From: the human T2T-CHM13v2.0 reference genome, Homo sapiens
NCBI RefSeq assembly: GCF_009914755.1
Contig: NC_060943.1
Strand: one strand, 5' to 3'
Length of the DNA: 64,000 nt
Shown here: positions 1-60,968 of the stretch, piece by piece
Position numbering within the stretch: the first letter of the stretch is position 1
Layout: each line of letters opens with the position of its first letter
Made by a program: the position numbers and the translations under genes
The notes under the pieces: model-generated
Database searches by the model: none
The model's input: the letters and a program-made list of their open reading frames with translations, nothing else
Told to the model about the DNA's origin: nothing

Positions 1-910
<910 letters not shown>

Positions 911-959
911 AAGAGTTTAAAAGTCTGGAAGGAAAGCAACATTTACAAGGGCCCAGGCT

Positions 960-1560
960 CGCCCTTCCCTCCGAGTGACCTTGGGCCGGTGACCTGGCCG
1001 GCCAGAGCGCAGGTTTGCCCCACTCCGGGCGGGCACTGCGGGTCGGGAGCTACGGGGCCTGGACCCGGGTGCGAGGGGCGGGGGTCTCCGCCGCCTTCCC
1101 GGCCCCTGCGCTGGGGGCCCGCCTTGACCGCGCACGCGGGGCTAGAATGTACTCACTTGAGCAGCACGGCGGCGCCTGCTACCGTGCCCAGCGCCGACAG
1201 CGGCAGCAGGTAGCGGCTCATGCGGGGCCGGGTACAGGCGTCAGGCGTCAGGCGTCCGGGGTCGGCGCGGAGCTTGCTGCACACCAGCCGCCTGGATAGC
1301 TCCGAGGAAGAGCGCGCGACGCAGCCACAGGCGAGCGGAGGCGCAGGCGCGGCTGGGCCCGCGTCCGGAACTGGGCTGCGAGGGGCGGGGCGCGGGCGGA
1401 GGGGGCGGGGATCCTAGGGACGGGACCTATGAGCATCGGTCCTGAGCGCTGTCACAGCTGGGATTGGTGGTTTCAGGAGCCTGTGGGCGTGGCTAGTCCG
1501 GGGGCGGGGCCTATGGTTTGTTCGAATGACGTCACACTTGCCGCAGCGTATAAGGCGCTA
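960..1560. promoter_or_regulatory. CpG-island promoter of RDH13 with GC boxes and a full CRE
   Basis: CpG-dense; GGGGCGGGG boxes at ~1382, ~1402 and 1501; palindromic TGACGTCA at 1527-1534. Confidence 0.8.
1157..1221 (-). CDS. RDH13: Retinol dehydrogenase 13, first coding exon (MSRYLLPLSALGTVAGAAVLLK); the rest of the gene lies left of the window
   Basis: Minus-strand ATG at 1221, 65-nt exon ending AA|GTGAGT (ACTCAC at 1151-1156); peptide matches the RDH13 N-terminus as recalled; synteny with EPS8L1. Confidence 0.92.
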
Positions 1561-1564
1561 CGCA

Positions 1565-1720
1565 GTTCTGGAGTGAAATAGGTTCGAATCCCACCACTGT
1601 CAATTCCAGACTGTGACCCTCTGTGTGTCTTTCAACTATATCAGCCTATTCCCTCATCTGGAAATGTGTGTTTACCTTCTTCATAGACTTTTGGAGATAA
1701 TTTGAGAATTTCCATGCACA
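1565..1720 (+). mobile_element. MIR SINE fragment
   Basis: GGTTCGAATCCC B-box followed by CTGTGACC...CTCATCTGGAAATG MIR core. Confidence 0.6.
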
Positions 1721-1778
1721 GAAACAAGGATCTAATAGCCTGTGGGTACCCAAGCTCCTGGGGTCCTGCAGGAGAAGG

Positions 1779-1939
1779 CGGCTGGGGGCCTGGACTCCTG
1801 GGTCTGAGGGAGGAGGGGCTGGGGGCCTGGACTCCTGGGTCCAAGGGAGGAGGGGCTGGGAGCATGGACTTCTGGGTCCGAGGGAGGAGGGCCGGGTGCC
1901 TGGACTGCTGAGTCTGAGGGAGGAGGGGCTGGGGGCCTG
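1779..1939 (+). repeat. MSR1-type 36-38 bp minisatellite (~4 units)
   Basis: Unit CCTGGACTCCTGGGTCTGAGGGAGGAGGGGCTGGGGG. Confidence 0.85.
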
Positions 1940-2336
1940 ATTCATTCCCAAATTATCAGAATCTCATCCCCATGTCTGGCCCTGCACAGAGATATCTTCC
2001 CTGAACTCTGCCTGAACTACCTTTCTTAGATTGAGTATTGCACACACTCCTGCACTTACCTGTCCATGTTTGTCACCCCCACCAAACCGGGATGCACCTC
2101 TGGGCACCTGCTTCCCCTTGCACTGCTCACAGCGAGTGTATCTGATCACCACCTCCTACCCCTGACTGTGCCTGAGGTGCCAGGAGCAGACACCGCTGGA
2201 AACAGGGAAGAATTCAACCCAATCTAACTAGGAGTAAGTTTTCTTCCTCATCAGATGAACTGTCATCTTCTTATATGAGCCCTGCCATAATGGAGATTAT
2301 ACAGGCAGGAAGAGCTATTTTAAGACCTTAGTCAAT

Positions 2337-4520
<2,184 letters not shown>

Positions 4521-4864
4521 CTACCTGTCATTGAATTTGGAAGGATGGCATGAAGTCATTCATAACAAGGACTTAATCCATAGTAAGTGCCAGAACATTG
4601 CTGGCTGTTAATATGGTTATTATAAAGAGAACAATGCATGCATATTCCTCCTCTGAGGATCTCCTACCTGATTCCCAGACACACCCAAGGGAGTTAGAAC
4701 ATCTGTTTGGACTCCAGGTGGGCTGTCCACGCCTTTACCATTTTCCTGGTTGTTAACATGTTCCTGATCAGCACTGGGTGCTGTCCCAGGTGCTGAGAGG
4801 ATTCTCCCACAATGCCCTTTGCTTTCCCCATCAGAGGGTTTATGGCACCCAATTCTCATTCACA

Positions 4865-5268
4865 TTCTGTCTCTCCTTTCTCGTTCTTCTCTATCTCTCC
4901 TCTCTCTGTCTCCTTTTCTCTTCCTCTCTCCCTCTCTGTCTTCTCTCCCTCTCTCTTCCTCTCTCTCTTCCTCTGTCCTCTTTTCTCTCTCTCTCTCCCT
5001 CTCACATCTCTCTTTCCCTTCCTTTCTCTTTCCTCTCTCTTCCTCTCTCTCCCTCTCCCTCCTTCTGTCTTCCTCTATCCCTCTCTTCCTCTTTTTTCTT
5101 CCTCTCTTCTTGTCTCTTTCTCTCCTCTCTCTCTCCCTCTTTCTCTTTCTCTCTCTCTTCCTCTCCCTTCCTCTTCCTCTCTCTCCTCCTTTCTTCCTCT
5201 CTCTCTTCTTGTGTGTGTCTCTCTCTCTCTGTTCTCTCTCTCCCTCTCCCCCCAACTCTCTCTCCCTA
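4865..5268. repeat. CT-rich low-complexity (polypyrimidine) tract
   Basis: Nearly pure C/T for ~400 bp; source of several spurious ORFs. Confidence 0.95.
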
Positions 5269-6356
5269 TACACATCTTAAGAGGCCTCAGCAGTGTAAGG
5301 TAAGTTTAGCGACCCTGTTGCTGTGTAGAGATAAGCAAAGGGGGGCAAGGAGCTCCAGTGGTCCCAGACTCCAGCCATTTGAGTCTTTGCAGCCCAAGCA
5401 CTGCCCCAGCTTCTTGACAGCCCCAGCCATCACCAAAGGGCACACAGATAAGCTGCCTCCACCAAGGCCTGTGCAGATGGTAGGTTTTTGAGTAAAATAG
5501 ATACGATCCTTGTCTGAAGCCACTGAGTTTTAGAATAATTTGTTATATGGCCATAGTAACCGGAATGATTGCTGTAGGTTTATTTTATTTTATTCATCCT
5601 TGCTGCATGCAACACATGCATGGCTCAGTAACTAGAAGGAAAGAAGAGAAGAAGGGAGGGAGAGGCAGAGGGTGGACAGGAGAGGATGGTAGGAAGGAAA
5701 GACAGGAAAGGAGGGTGTTGGTGGCCTTGCCTGCAAGCTGAGCAGACACCACGCAAACAGGTGACCTCCCAGTTAAGATGGAGGGGACTCAGGGCTCAGG
5801 AGGGGCAGAAGGTCCCCGTGTCGGAAAGCTGGGCAAGCTTTCTGCAGGAAATGATGGGGATCACGGCCATGTGAGCCGGCAAGATTTCCCTCAGCCAGGG
5901 AGGAGACTCCGGGCTGTGGGAACAGCTTAAGCAGAAGGCATGGGACAGGAATGCATATGAGAGATATTGTGGGAGGAGGGAGGGCTGCCTGGGCTGGCAT
6001 GCAGGGTATGGGAGGGGTGGAAGGGCTGAGGCGGGAGCCATCAGTAAAAGGACCCAGAGCGCGGCTCCAATGCCATGGTAGGAAGCTTGGCGTTGACTCA
6101 GAGGGCGCTGGGTACCGCTGAAGAGTGTTGAGCCAAGGAGGGTCATGTCACGGGCAGATACATGTTTTAGAATTTCTTCTTTTCTGGCTGAGATGTAGAG
6201 TATGGACTGGAGAGAAGCACAGGGGACATAGGAAAGGTAGTTCTAGAAAGAGGGGCTGTCCCACCAGGGAAAGTCAACCAACTGTTCCCCAGTATCCATT
6301 CCTCCCTTCCAGCTCATGGCACTAAAGCCACTGATTGATTAGCTGGGTGCTATCAA

Positions 6357-6683
6357 TCTCTCTCTCATCTCTCTCTCTCCCCCTCATCTGTGTCTTTTCT
6401 CTCTCTCATCTCTCTGTCTCCCTCTTTCTGTCCCCCTCCTCTGTGTCTCCTCTCTCTCTCTTCTCTGTCTCATATCTCTCTCATTGCTCTCTCCCTCTTT
6501 CTCTCCCCCTCCTGTGTCTCCTTCTCTCTCTCTCTTTCTCCCCCATCTCTCTTTCTCTCCCCCTTCCTCTCTTTCTCCTCTCACTCTTCCTGTTTCTCTC
6601 TTTCTCTTTCTTCCTCTCTTTCTCCCTGTCTCTCTCTTCCTCTTTTCCTTTGTCTCTCTCTCTCCCCCCAACTCTCTCTCCCT
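6357..6683. repeat. CT-rich low-complexity tract (paralogous to 4865-5268)
   Basis: Nearly pure C/T; followed by the same ~70-bp unique block as the first tract. Confidence 0.9.
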
Positions 6684-6724
6684 ACACACATCTTGAGAGA
6701 CCTCAGCAGTGTAAGATAAGTTTA

Positions 6725-7694
<970 letters not shown>

Positions 7695-8922
7695 TCACCG
7701 GCTCCAACCCAGGATCCAAACTCAAGTCTGTCTGGGGTCCTATCCCCGTCACCACCCCCCGCCCCGACCCATCCCCCAGAGACCTGGGAAGGAGCCAGGC
7801 TCCTCCGGTTTCAGGAAAGGGCTGCACAAACCACCCCGCCACGATCCCTCCCAGAGAACAAACAGCTCCCGGCCACCGGCAGTCTCCCTCCTCCTCCTGC
7901 CAGGCTGGTTCCCAGACCCACCCTCCCTGTGTCATAAGCGCCTCTCCCCGCACTCTCACCAGGGCTGGCTGTTCTCAGAGGAACGCCCAGGAAAAACCTA
8001 CCCGAACCCCTTTCAGCTGGGAAGGGGACCCGCCTGGGCTTCCTCACCGCCGATGAGACCTCCCTCGTCGTACACTTAGAGCTGCCTGTGTTTTCCTTCC
8101 TTCCTTAAGCGGGCTGGGAACTCTAGACACTCAGGGATGGGCCAGCCCATTAGAGTAAGCATTCGGCCACCTCTAGGCTGCTACGGTCACTGCTGCTGTC
8201 ACCATCAACGTGACTGTCTCACACCTCACTTCCTCCGGCCAGCCACACCCCTGCAGATTTAACCCGCCAGCCTCCCTAAGGTTTCCTCTGCCTGAAATCC
8301 TCTCTGCATTCCTGGCTCATTCTCGAAATTGAGGTCAAAGCTCAGATGCCGCCTCCTTCCCTGACCACCCTACCTGAAGCAGCCGCACCTGCCTGCTCCT
8401 AGTCACGCCGTTCCTTCACCTGTTTCGTTTCCTCCACAGGGTTTACCACAATCTGAAAGTCTTATTCATGCAGGTGTCTACTTGTTTATCTCCCCACCAC
8501 ACCTACTAGGATGACAATATCACAAGGGCTGGGGTTTCATCTGTCTCCTCCTCCTCTGTATCTCCAGCACATGAAACATGCTTGGCACACTGTAGGTGCT
8601 TAAGTATTTGCTACTACATCACTTTGGGATTTTGCATAGGACACTCCCAATGCTTAGAATGTCAATCTTTGCTTCATTGTCCTTGGCAAACTCCTATTCA
8701 TCCTTTGAAACCCCATCCATTTATCCCTTAACCAGGAAAGGCTTCTGTGCCTCATACAACCACCCATAAAGCTGGATTAGGGCTTTCTCTGGGGACACCC
8801 TTGCCCTGTGCCACACTTCCATCAGCGCACATATCCCCCATGAATTGTGCACACCAGCAGGGTCTAGAGTACGGCACACATTTTGTCTCAGGAGCTACGT
8901 ATTGAATAAATAAATTAATTAC

Positions 8923-13760
<4,838 letters not shown>

Positions 13761-14499
13761 CAAGTTTCTTAACCCTTCTCTTCCTCATTTTCTCATCTGT
13801 GAGACGAAGACAGCCTCCCACCCAGACACACTCCCCTCACGGGGCTCTGGGGAGAAATGATGTGGAAAGCTTTGCTAGTAACCTCTACAGCATGGAGGGA
13901 GTTCTGGAAAAGTGATTTCAGAAAGGTGTTTATGCCTGGAAAGCCTGTTCATTTTTGTGATGTCCTTGGAGCTGGGCCAGGCATTATCGAGCTAAATCTT
14001 AGCTTTTGTCAGAATAGGGGGGTCATTGAGGGAAATTTCCAAAGGAAGGTGGAACGGGATGGGTGGGGAGGTAAGGGCATGAGCAGAGGCAGTGATCGTG
14101 GGCAGGAGGTGTCCATAGAAGACGGGCTGCCACTGGCCCTGGAGACAGAAGGTCAGCCCCGGGTTCAAATCCCTCCTTAACCAAGTGCTGAAATGGACAA
14201 GTTGCTCAACCTCTCTGGCCTTCAGCTTCCTCATCTGTCAAGCAGGAATCAAACCTCGAACTTCCTCCCGCTGTTAGAATTTCAAGGGAGTTTTAAAGAC
14301 AGAGCTTTCAACTCTGACCTGTGAACAAGTGTGACATCAAATGTACTGTTCGTTGCTATTATTCTGTTGCTACAAGGCAGACAGTTAGTTTCCCAGCTCC
14401 CCTGCAGTCCCCCCAGCCCCTCCTAGATCTGTCTGCCAGCCCCGCCCCGGGGTCACTCCAGCCAGGCTGTGCCAGGTGAATGCTCAGGTATGCGGAGGC

Positions 14500-14599
14500 G
14501 GAGGCGGAGGCAGGACGGCCCTGGGAGGGAGCAGGAGGAGGGGCCGGCAGCCTGGAAGGGAAAGGACAGCGGAGAGCAGGGCAGAGCCTGAGCAGGCAG
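14500..14599 (+). other. EPS8L1: Probable non-coding first exon of EPS8L1 (5' boundary uncertain)
   Basis: Strong donor CAG|GTAAGG at 14599/14600 downstream of a GC box (~14440); acceptor at 15194 precedes the ATG exon. Confidence 0.6.
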
Positions 14600-14627
14600 G
14601 TAAGGAGATCCGGGTCAGGAGAGAAGG

Positions 14628-15141
14628 GGGCCGGGGCTTGACCAATGGGTCTGAGGGACGGGGGGACTGGGGTCTGGACTCCAGGGTCTCAGGGAGGACG
14701 GGCTGGGGGTCTGAACTCCTGGGTCTGAGGGAGGAGGGCCTGGGGTCCTGGACTCCTAGGTCTGAGGGAGGAGGGGCTGAGGGCCTGGATTCCTGGGTCT
14801 GAGGGAGGGACTGGGGGCCTGGTCTCCTGAGTCTAAGGGAAGAAGGATTGGGGGCCTGGACTCCTGGGTCTGAGGGAGGAGGGCTGGGGTCCTGGACTCC
14901 TGGGTCTGAGGGAGGAGGAGATGGGGCCTGGACTCCTGGGTCTGAGGGAGGAGTGGACTGGGGTCTGGACTCCTGGGTCTGAGGGAGGAGGGGACTGGGG
15001 TCTGGACTCCTGGGTCTAGGGAAGAGGGACTGGGGCCTGGACTTCTGGGTCTGAGGGAGGAGGGGCTGGGGGCCTGGACTCCTGGGCCTGAGGGAGGAGG
15101 GGCTGGGGCCTGGATGCCTGCATTGAGGGAGGAGGCTGGGG
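14628..15141 (+). repeat. MSR1-type minisatellite array (~14 units) filling EPS8L1 intron 1
   Basis: Tandem 36-38 bp CTGGACTCCTGGGTCTGAGGGAGGAGGGG units. Confidence 0.9.
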
Positions 15142-15231
15142 TAGGAATTAGAGGCTCCTACTGGCCAGGCCTTCACATGTTTGCTGGCTCCCAGGGCACC
15201 TCCAGGTGGGCAGGAGCTACCACTCAGCACC

Positions 15232-26105
<10,874 letters not shown>

Positions 26106-26390
26106 CCTGCCAGGCGCCCTTCGCAAAGAGTGACGAGGCCCCGTGGGAGAACGGACTCCTCAGACTCTCCCCAATAGCGGAAGTCGATCTTCTGAAGGAT
26201 GGCCAATCTGCTCCGGCCCTGGTCTTCCCCCATCCCGGTGGACAGACTTAACGATCCTTGCTGCAGTCCCTCCGGAGAGGATCTGGACTGGCTGGGAGTG
26301 GGGAGGGCGTGGAGACAGTCTACGGAAAGCGCTAGCAGACCCCCGAGAGGGTGCAGTGGAGCCCTGAGCATTGTAATATGCGGCCCAGCC

Positions 26391-26396
26391 TATAAA
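26391..26396 (+). terminator. Probable EPS8L1 polyadenylation signal (variant TATAAA)
   Basis: No AATAAA in the 3' UTR; TATAAA preceded by TGTA and followed by GT-rich sequence. Confidence 0.55.
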
Positions 26397-27859
26397 CAGC
26401 CTCCGTGCTTAGCAGATGGTGTGCCAACTGCTGTCCTCTACCCGGCTACCAGGGGGCTCAGAAACCTGCCCCTCGACCCAGTCACAGCCTCATGGAACCT
26501 GGAAAATGTTCCACCCTCTTTGGTTTCTCTCTGAACCCTCCTTTCCATCCCCAGGGTCCCAAACCAGGCTCCCTCCTGACCTCCTAGCCAGCCTAGTCCA
26601 GCTTGCCCCACCTTCACGTTTCCCTGGCTCGCGGCTGCTGGGCATGAGGCTTTGTGTCTCCCTTCCCGCCTCACCAACGTTCTCACTTCATTCCTTCCTG
26701 CGTCCTGGCCCTGCCCTTCTCCAAACGCTCCCAAGCGTTCAACCTCTGAGGTTTGCACCTGCTGTCTCTGCTGGCTGAAACGGCCATTCCCTGCCTGGCG
26801 AACTCCTGTTCAGCCTCCCTGGCCCAGCTCAAACACTCACTGTGGGGAAGCCTGCCCTCATCCCCGAAGCTAGTTTCCCAGCATCCACTTCTCCATTTTG
26901 TCCCCCACCTCCTGCCACGGCCCTACCAGGTAGAACTGGCTGCCTCCCAAGCATGCCACAGCTTTCTGGCCACTCTTTGTTCTGGGAGATGGCAGCCAAC
27001 TGAAAACTTCCTAATCCCTCAAGAACTAGCTCCTTCTCCCTCTGGCAAGCCCTGTAACTTTCTTTTCCCCATTATCCAGGTGGCTGGTAAGGTCTGCTTT
27101 TCTCTGGATCCCACTGTTTTCCAGACTGGATATTCTCTGCCTTTGGGAGGAATGGCCCTTTCTCTTTCTCCCCTGGCTCTGCCTTCCCCAGATTACTGAG
27201 GGCCTCTGGGCCTCTGGGCCTCAAGCCTCTCCCGGAGTTGTTCCAACCTGGGCCACCAGATGGCGCCCTCCAAGATGGGAAAGGATCAGAGAGACGCCCC
27301 CCCACCCCCACCCCGCCCCCCGCCCTTGGGGCAGGCAGGAGTTCTCAGTCCCCACTTTGCCACCTCCTGCCTGGTTCCTTCTGGTTCCTTCCTTCCTCTT
27401 TGGATCTCCAAGAGTCCTTCTCCTATCTGCCCCGTCCCTAGATCCTATTCACATACTTCCCTTGGCTCCCTATGGCTCACCGGATAAAACCAGGCCCCAG
27501 CTTGGCAGTCACAGGTTGCCCACTCGGCTCACCAGCTTCTCCGACCACGGGGCTCAGCTTCCCTCCTCCTGCTGCCAAGCTTGGTTCATGTGGTTGCTTC
27601 TGCCCAGAATACTCTCAGCCCCTCTACCACTTGCCCGGGGCCCCACCCCTCATTCTTAGTAGGGGAATAGGAAAGGTAGGCAATTCCCCCAAACCTCTTT
27701 GCTCCATTCCCGCACCCCCCCCCGCCCCCCAATAAGCCCCCGTGGCTCTCGCCACCTAGGCTGCAAACTGAAATGCCTGCAGGAACCCGACAAGAGACCC
27801 AAGTGAGCCAGCCGGGCCTCAGCCCTACCCCCGTCACAGGCCAGCTTGTTTGAACATCC

Positions 27860-29029
<1,170 letters not shown>

Positions 29030-29423
29030 AAAATTCCAGATTTTTACACACAAATTTCTCCAAATGTTAAATGTTGGCAATTGACTAAATTTGTTTCAAA
29101 GACACTGATGGCAAAACCCAAACTCCCCAGCTCCACATCCTTGGCCCCAGAGGTCTTACCCGCTGATCCCTCCTGCCCCATCAGCTTCCCCTCAGCCCCC
29201 CGCCTGCGATCACGCGGGCTCCGTCTTGGAGCCTTCGCTCCCGCTGGGGGCTCATCCTGAAGCTCCTTCACCACACAGGTGAGTAAGCACCAGCCCATCC
29301 CCCGGCACCCACCCAAGTGGCCCAGTGGTTTGGTCATGGACACGCACGGCCCCCCAGCAGGAGCAGGAAACAGTGCCCTCCCTCTGGCTGGGAACACAGA
29401 GCTTGAGTGGCAACTTCACGACT

Positions 29424-29429
29424 TTTATT
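29424..29429 (-). terminator. PPP1R12C polyadenylation signal AATAAA
   Basis: TTTATT on + strand, ~530 nt past the stop codon. Confidence 0.8.
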
Positions 29430-29961
29430 TGTGGTGCCTGTGCTTTATCTCGAAAATACCTTCTCCCCCTGCCCCAGACAGTGGGCGGGGAGGGGGCAGC
29501 AAAAAATAGAAGACGTCCCTCCCTATTGCACATGGACCCTATATACAGGCCCACCTGGCTGAGGCTGGCGGGACTCTTGGCACATTCTTGGATCCCTGCT
29601 CAGGAGGGGAGGGGTGACGGGGTGGCATCACACGTGAGATGGGGACCTCCAGGCGGCCACTCTGGTCCTGGCTACTGATCCTTGCACTTCTTGGTCCTCA
29701 GTTCCTTCCTGGTCCCGTCTCTGGCCCTGGTCCCCTCTGGCAACGTCCCCCTGCTTGGCTCGGCCTCCCACCTCCATCCTGGCCTCGGGTGGCCCCCTCG
29801 GCTCCTGGGGACTCTGCTCCCCTCCCAGTCCGGAGGTCCCAGGGGGGCTATGGCTTCTCTGAGACTTCCCCCGGAGCCCTGTCACTCGTGTTCACACGGG
29901 GGAAGGGGTGCGTGTGGCAGAAGCAGCTGTATAAATACGGGTGCGGGAAAGTCCCTCCGGG

Positions 29962-55219
<25,258 letters not shown>

Positions 55220-55236
55220 CGCACCGCCCGCCCGCC

Positions 55237-55266
55237 CAGCGAGCGAGCGAGCGCCGAGCCCCAACC
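55237..55266 (-). promoter_or_regulatory. AAVS1 P1 element: AAV Rep-binding site (GCTC)3GCTG and terminal resolution site GGTTGG
   Basis: CAGCGAGCGAGCGAGC at 55237-55252 and CCAACC at 55261-55266, 17 nt 5' of the PPP1R12C ATG. Confidence 0.93.
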
Positions 55267-55700
55267 GCCGCCACCACCCGCCCGCCCGCCCGCCCCGGGG
55301 GCCGCCGGGAACTGCCGCTGGCCCCCCACCGCCCCAAGGATCTCCCGGTCCCCGCCCGGCGTGCTGACGTCACGGCGCTGCCCCAGGGTGTGCTGGGCAG
55401 GTCGCGGGGAGCGCTGGGAAATGGAGTCCATTAGCAGAAGTGGCCCTTGGCCACTTCCAGGAGTCGCTGTGCCCCGATGCACACTGGGAAGTCCGCAGCT
55501 CCGAGGCGCCCAGTGGAAATCGCCAGATGAGGGCCTCCTCCGGGGAATGCTGGGAAATGGAGTCTACAGGCCGGAGGGGTGCCCCACGGCATACTAGGAA
55601 GTGTGTAGCACCGGGTAAAGGGGATGAATAGCAGACTGCCCCGGGGCAGTTAGGAATTCGACTGGACAGCCGCGTGGGAGGGAGTGCGGGGAGAGGCAGA

Positions 55701-56016
55701 GTTGTTTTGTTATTGTTGTTTTATTTTGTTTTCTTTGTTTTGAGACGGAGTCTCGCTCTGTCGCCACGCTGGAGTTCAGTGGCGCGATATCGGCTCGCTG
55801 CAACCTCCGCTTCCCAGGTTCAAGCAATTCTGGCTCAGTCCCCAGAGTAGCTGGGATAACAGGCGCGCGCCACCCCGCCCTGCTAATTTTTATATTTTTA
55901 GTAGAGACGGGATTTCACCATGTTGGCCATGATGGTCTTGATCTCTTGACCTCATGATCCGCCCGCCTCGGCCTGTAATCCTGCTGGGATGACGAGCGTA
56001 AGCCACCATGCCCAGC
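55701..56016 (-). mobile_element. Alu
   Basis: Alu consensus, reverse orientation. Confidence 0.9.
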
Positions 56017-56884
56017 TGGGTTTTATTTATTTTGGTTTTTTTCCTGACCCCTTAACTAGAAATAAGCTCCACGAGAGCGGGATCTTTTGTCTTCTGTGCA
56101 CTACTTGTCCTCGGTTCTTAGAACAGAACCTGAGAGAACCTGATCGCAAATATTTTTGGAATGAATGAATGAATGGGTTCACCAGGGCACCATGGGAAAC
56201 TGAGTCCGCAACCTAGAAGCCATGAAAGACAGTCCACTTCCAAGCTTCCCTGGGTGACCTCGCAGGGCATGCTGGGAAATGAAATTTGCGGTGAAAAGGT
56301 CAGGACCACGATCCTAGGGCACGCTGGGAAATGTAGCCCACAGGGCCACACCCCTAAAAGCACAGTGGGGTGCAAGGCAGGGCCCCAAGGCATTTAGGGC
56401 TCGGGGCAAGAGAAATCCACACTCCACTCCCTAATGGTAATCCCTGAGCCACACCGAGTAAAGGAACCCAAGACACAGTGTCCACAGGGACAGGGCTCTC
56501 AGAGCTTTCACTGGCCCGCGCTTCTCCTGCGCCCACCCGGACCTCCTGGGAACCGCCCAGGCCCTCGCGCGCTCTCAAGGCATGCTGGGATTGGTGGTCC
56601 CGGGCAAGGAGTTCCAGCAGGTGGGGGGCGAATCACCTTTCAGCGGGCCCAAGCGATGAGCACACCTTGATCTTCACCTTACGGATCCCGCGCCCAACTC
56701 AAGATTGGGAAGGTGGCTGGCACTTTGTGACAGGAAGAGTCCCATAAAAATCATACAGAAAAGGGCCAAAATCGGGACAGAGACTACAGACTGTTTCCCA
56801 AGCGCTGTGGGAGTTTCCCACCCACTCTGAAGTCCTTGGGTTTGCGCGGAGACGTAAACTGCGCATCCCACGAGGCCTGTTTCT

Positions 56885-58103
<1,219 letters not shown>

Positions 58104-58302
58104 TAGGTGTGGTCCCTGAACCCCACACTTTCCACATACTTACACACCAACCTCCTTCCCCCAGGAAAACAAGAAGTCGGTCTTCAGGGTGTTACCGTGT
58201 AGCTCTGGTTCTGTATGTATTCTGTGCCTTTATGTATAATTGTGTGTATTTGCAATCATGTCTGTGGCTGGATGTATGTTGTTTATGAGTTTGTGTTTAT
58301 GG

Positions 58303-60227
<1,925 letters not shown>

Positions 60228-60481
60228 GGGGTAACTTTTTATGCCACAAAAGCAAACTGATGCAAGGCATTCCAAGAGGCCTTTGAGCCTCTTGCAAGTC
60301 AAGCTGATTGCAAGACACTCTGCCTTTGATAAAATGTAGTGGACAGAGAAGCAGTGGTTTCAGTGGCAGAGATGACAAATTGTTGCCCAATATTCGTTGT
60401 CCCCTTCTTTCTCAACAAAATGGAACCTCTGATTATGCTGGGTTTAGCATAGCCATCTAGAATAATGGTTACATATCCCAG

Positions 60482-60899
60482 TGTCGGGCCTCCGAGCCCA
60501 AGCTAAGCCATCATATCCCCTGTGGGCCTGCACATATACATGAAGATGGCCTGAAGCAACTGAAGATCCAAAAAAGAAGCGAAAATAGTCTTACCTGATG
60601 ACATTCTACCATTGTGATTTGTTCCCGCCCCACCCTAACTGATACGATATATTCTGCCTGGTCCTTAAGAAGGTACTTTGTAATATTCTCCCCCGCCTTT
60701 AAGAAGGTACTTTGTAATATTCTCCCTGCCCTTGAGAATGTACTTTGTACGCCCATCCCAAACCTATAAGAACTAATGATAATCCCACCTTTGCTGACTC
60801 TGTTTTCGGACTCAGCCCACCTGCACCCAGGTGAAATAAATAGCCTTTTTGCTCACACAAAGCCTGTTTGGTGGTCTCTTCACACGGACGTGCGTGACA
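60482..60899 (+). mobile_element. HERV-H 5' LTR (LTR7 family)
   Basis: TGTC(A/G)GGCCTC(T/C)GAGCCCAAGCTAAGCC start, ...CACACGGACGTGCGTGACA end; U3 tandem repeats 60664-60750; TATAA at 60765; AATAAA at 60835-60840. Confidence 0.95.
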
Positions 60900-60901
60900 T
60901 T

Positions 60902-60968
60902 TGGTGCCGTGACTAGGATCAGGGGACCTCCCTTGGGAGATAAATCCCCTGTCCTCCTGCTCTTTGCA
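60902..60968 (-). ncRNA. MIR7975: Locus corresponding to annotated MIR7975 (mature sequence = antisense of the HERV-H PBS); doubtful as a true miRNA
   Basis: Minus strand 60919-60902 reads ATCCTAGTCACGGCACCA, which I recall as mature miR-7975; precursor bounds approximate. Confidence 0.55.

Noticed and set aside
1565-1600. tRNA-like GGTTCGAATCCC
   Set aside because: B-box of a MIR; no cloverleaf or acceptor stem
4778-5491. Long Ser/Leu-rich and Arg/Glu-rich ORFs (also 6335-6808, 7259-7537)
   Set aside because: Translations of CT/GA low-complexity tracts
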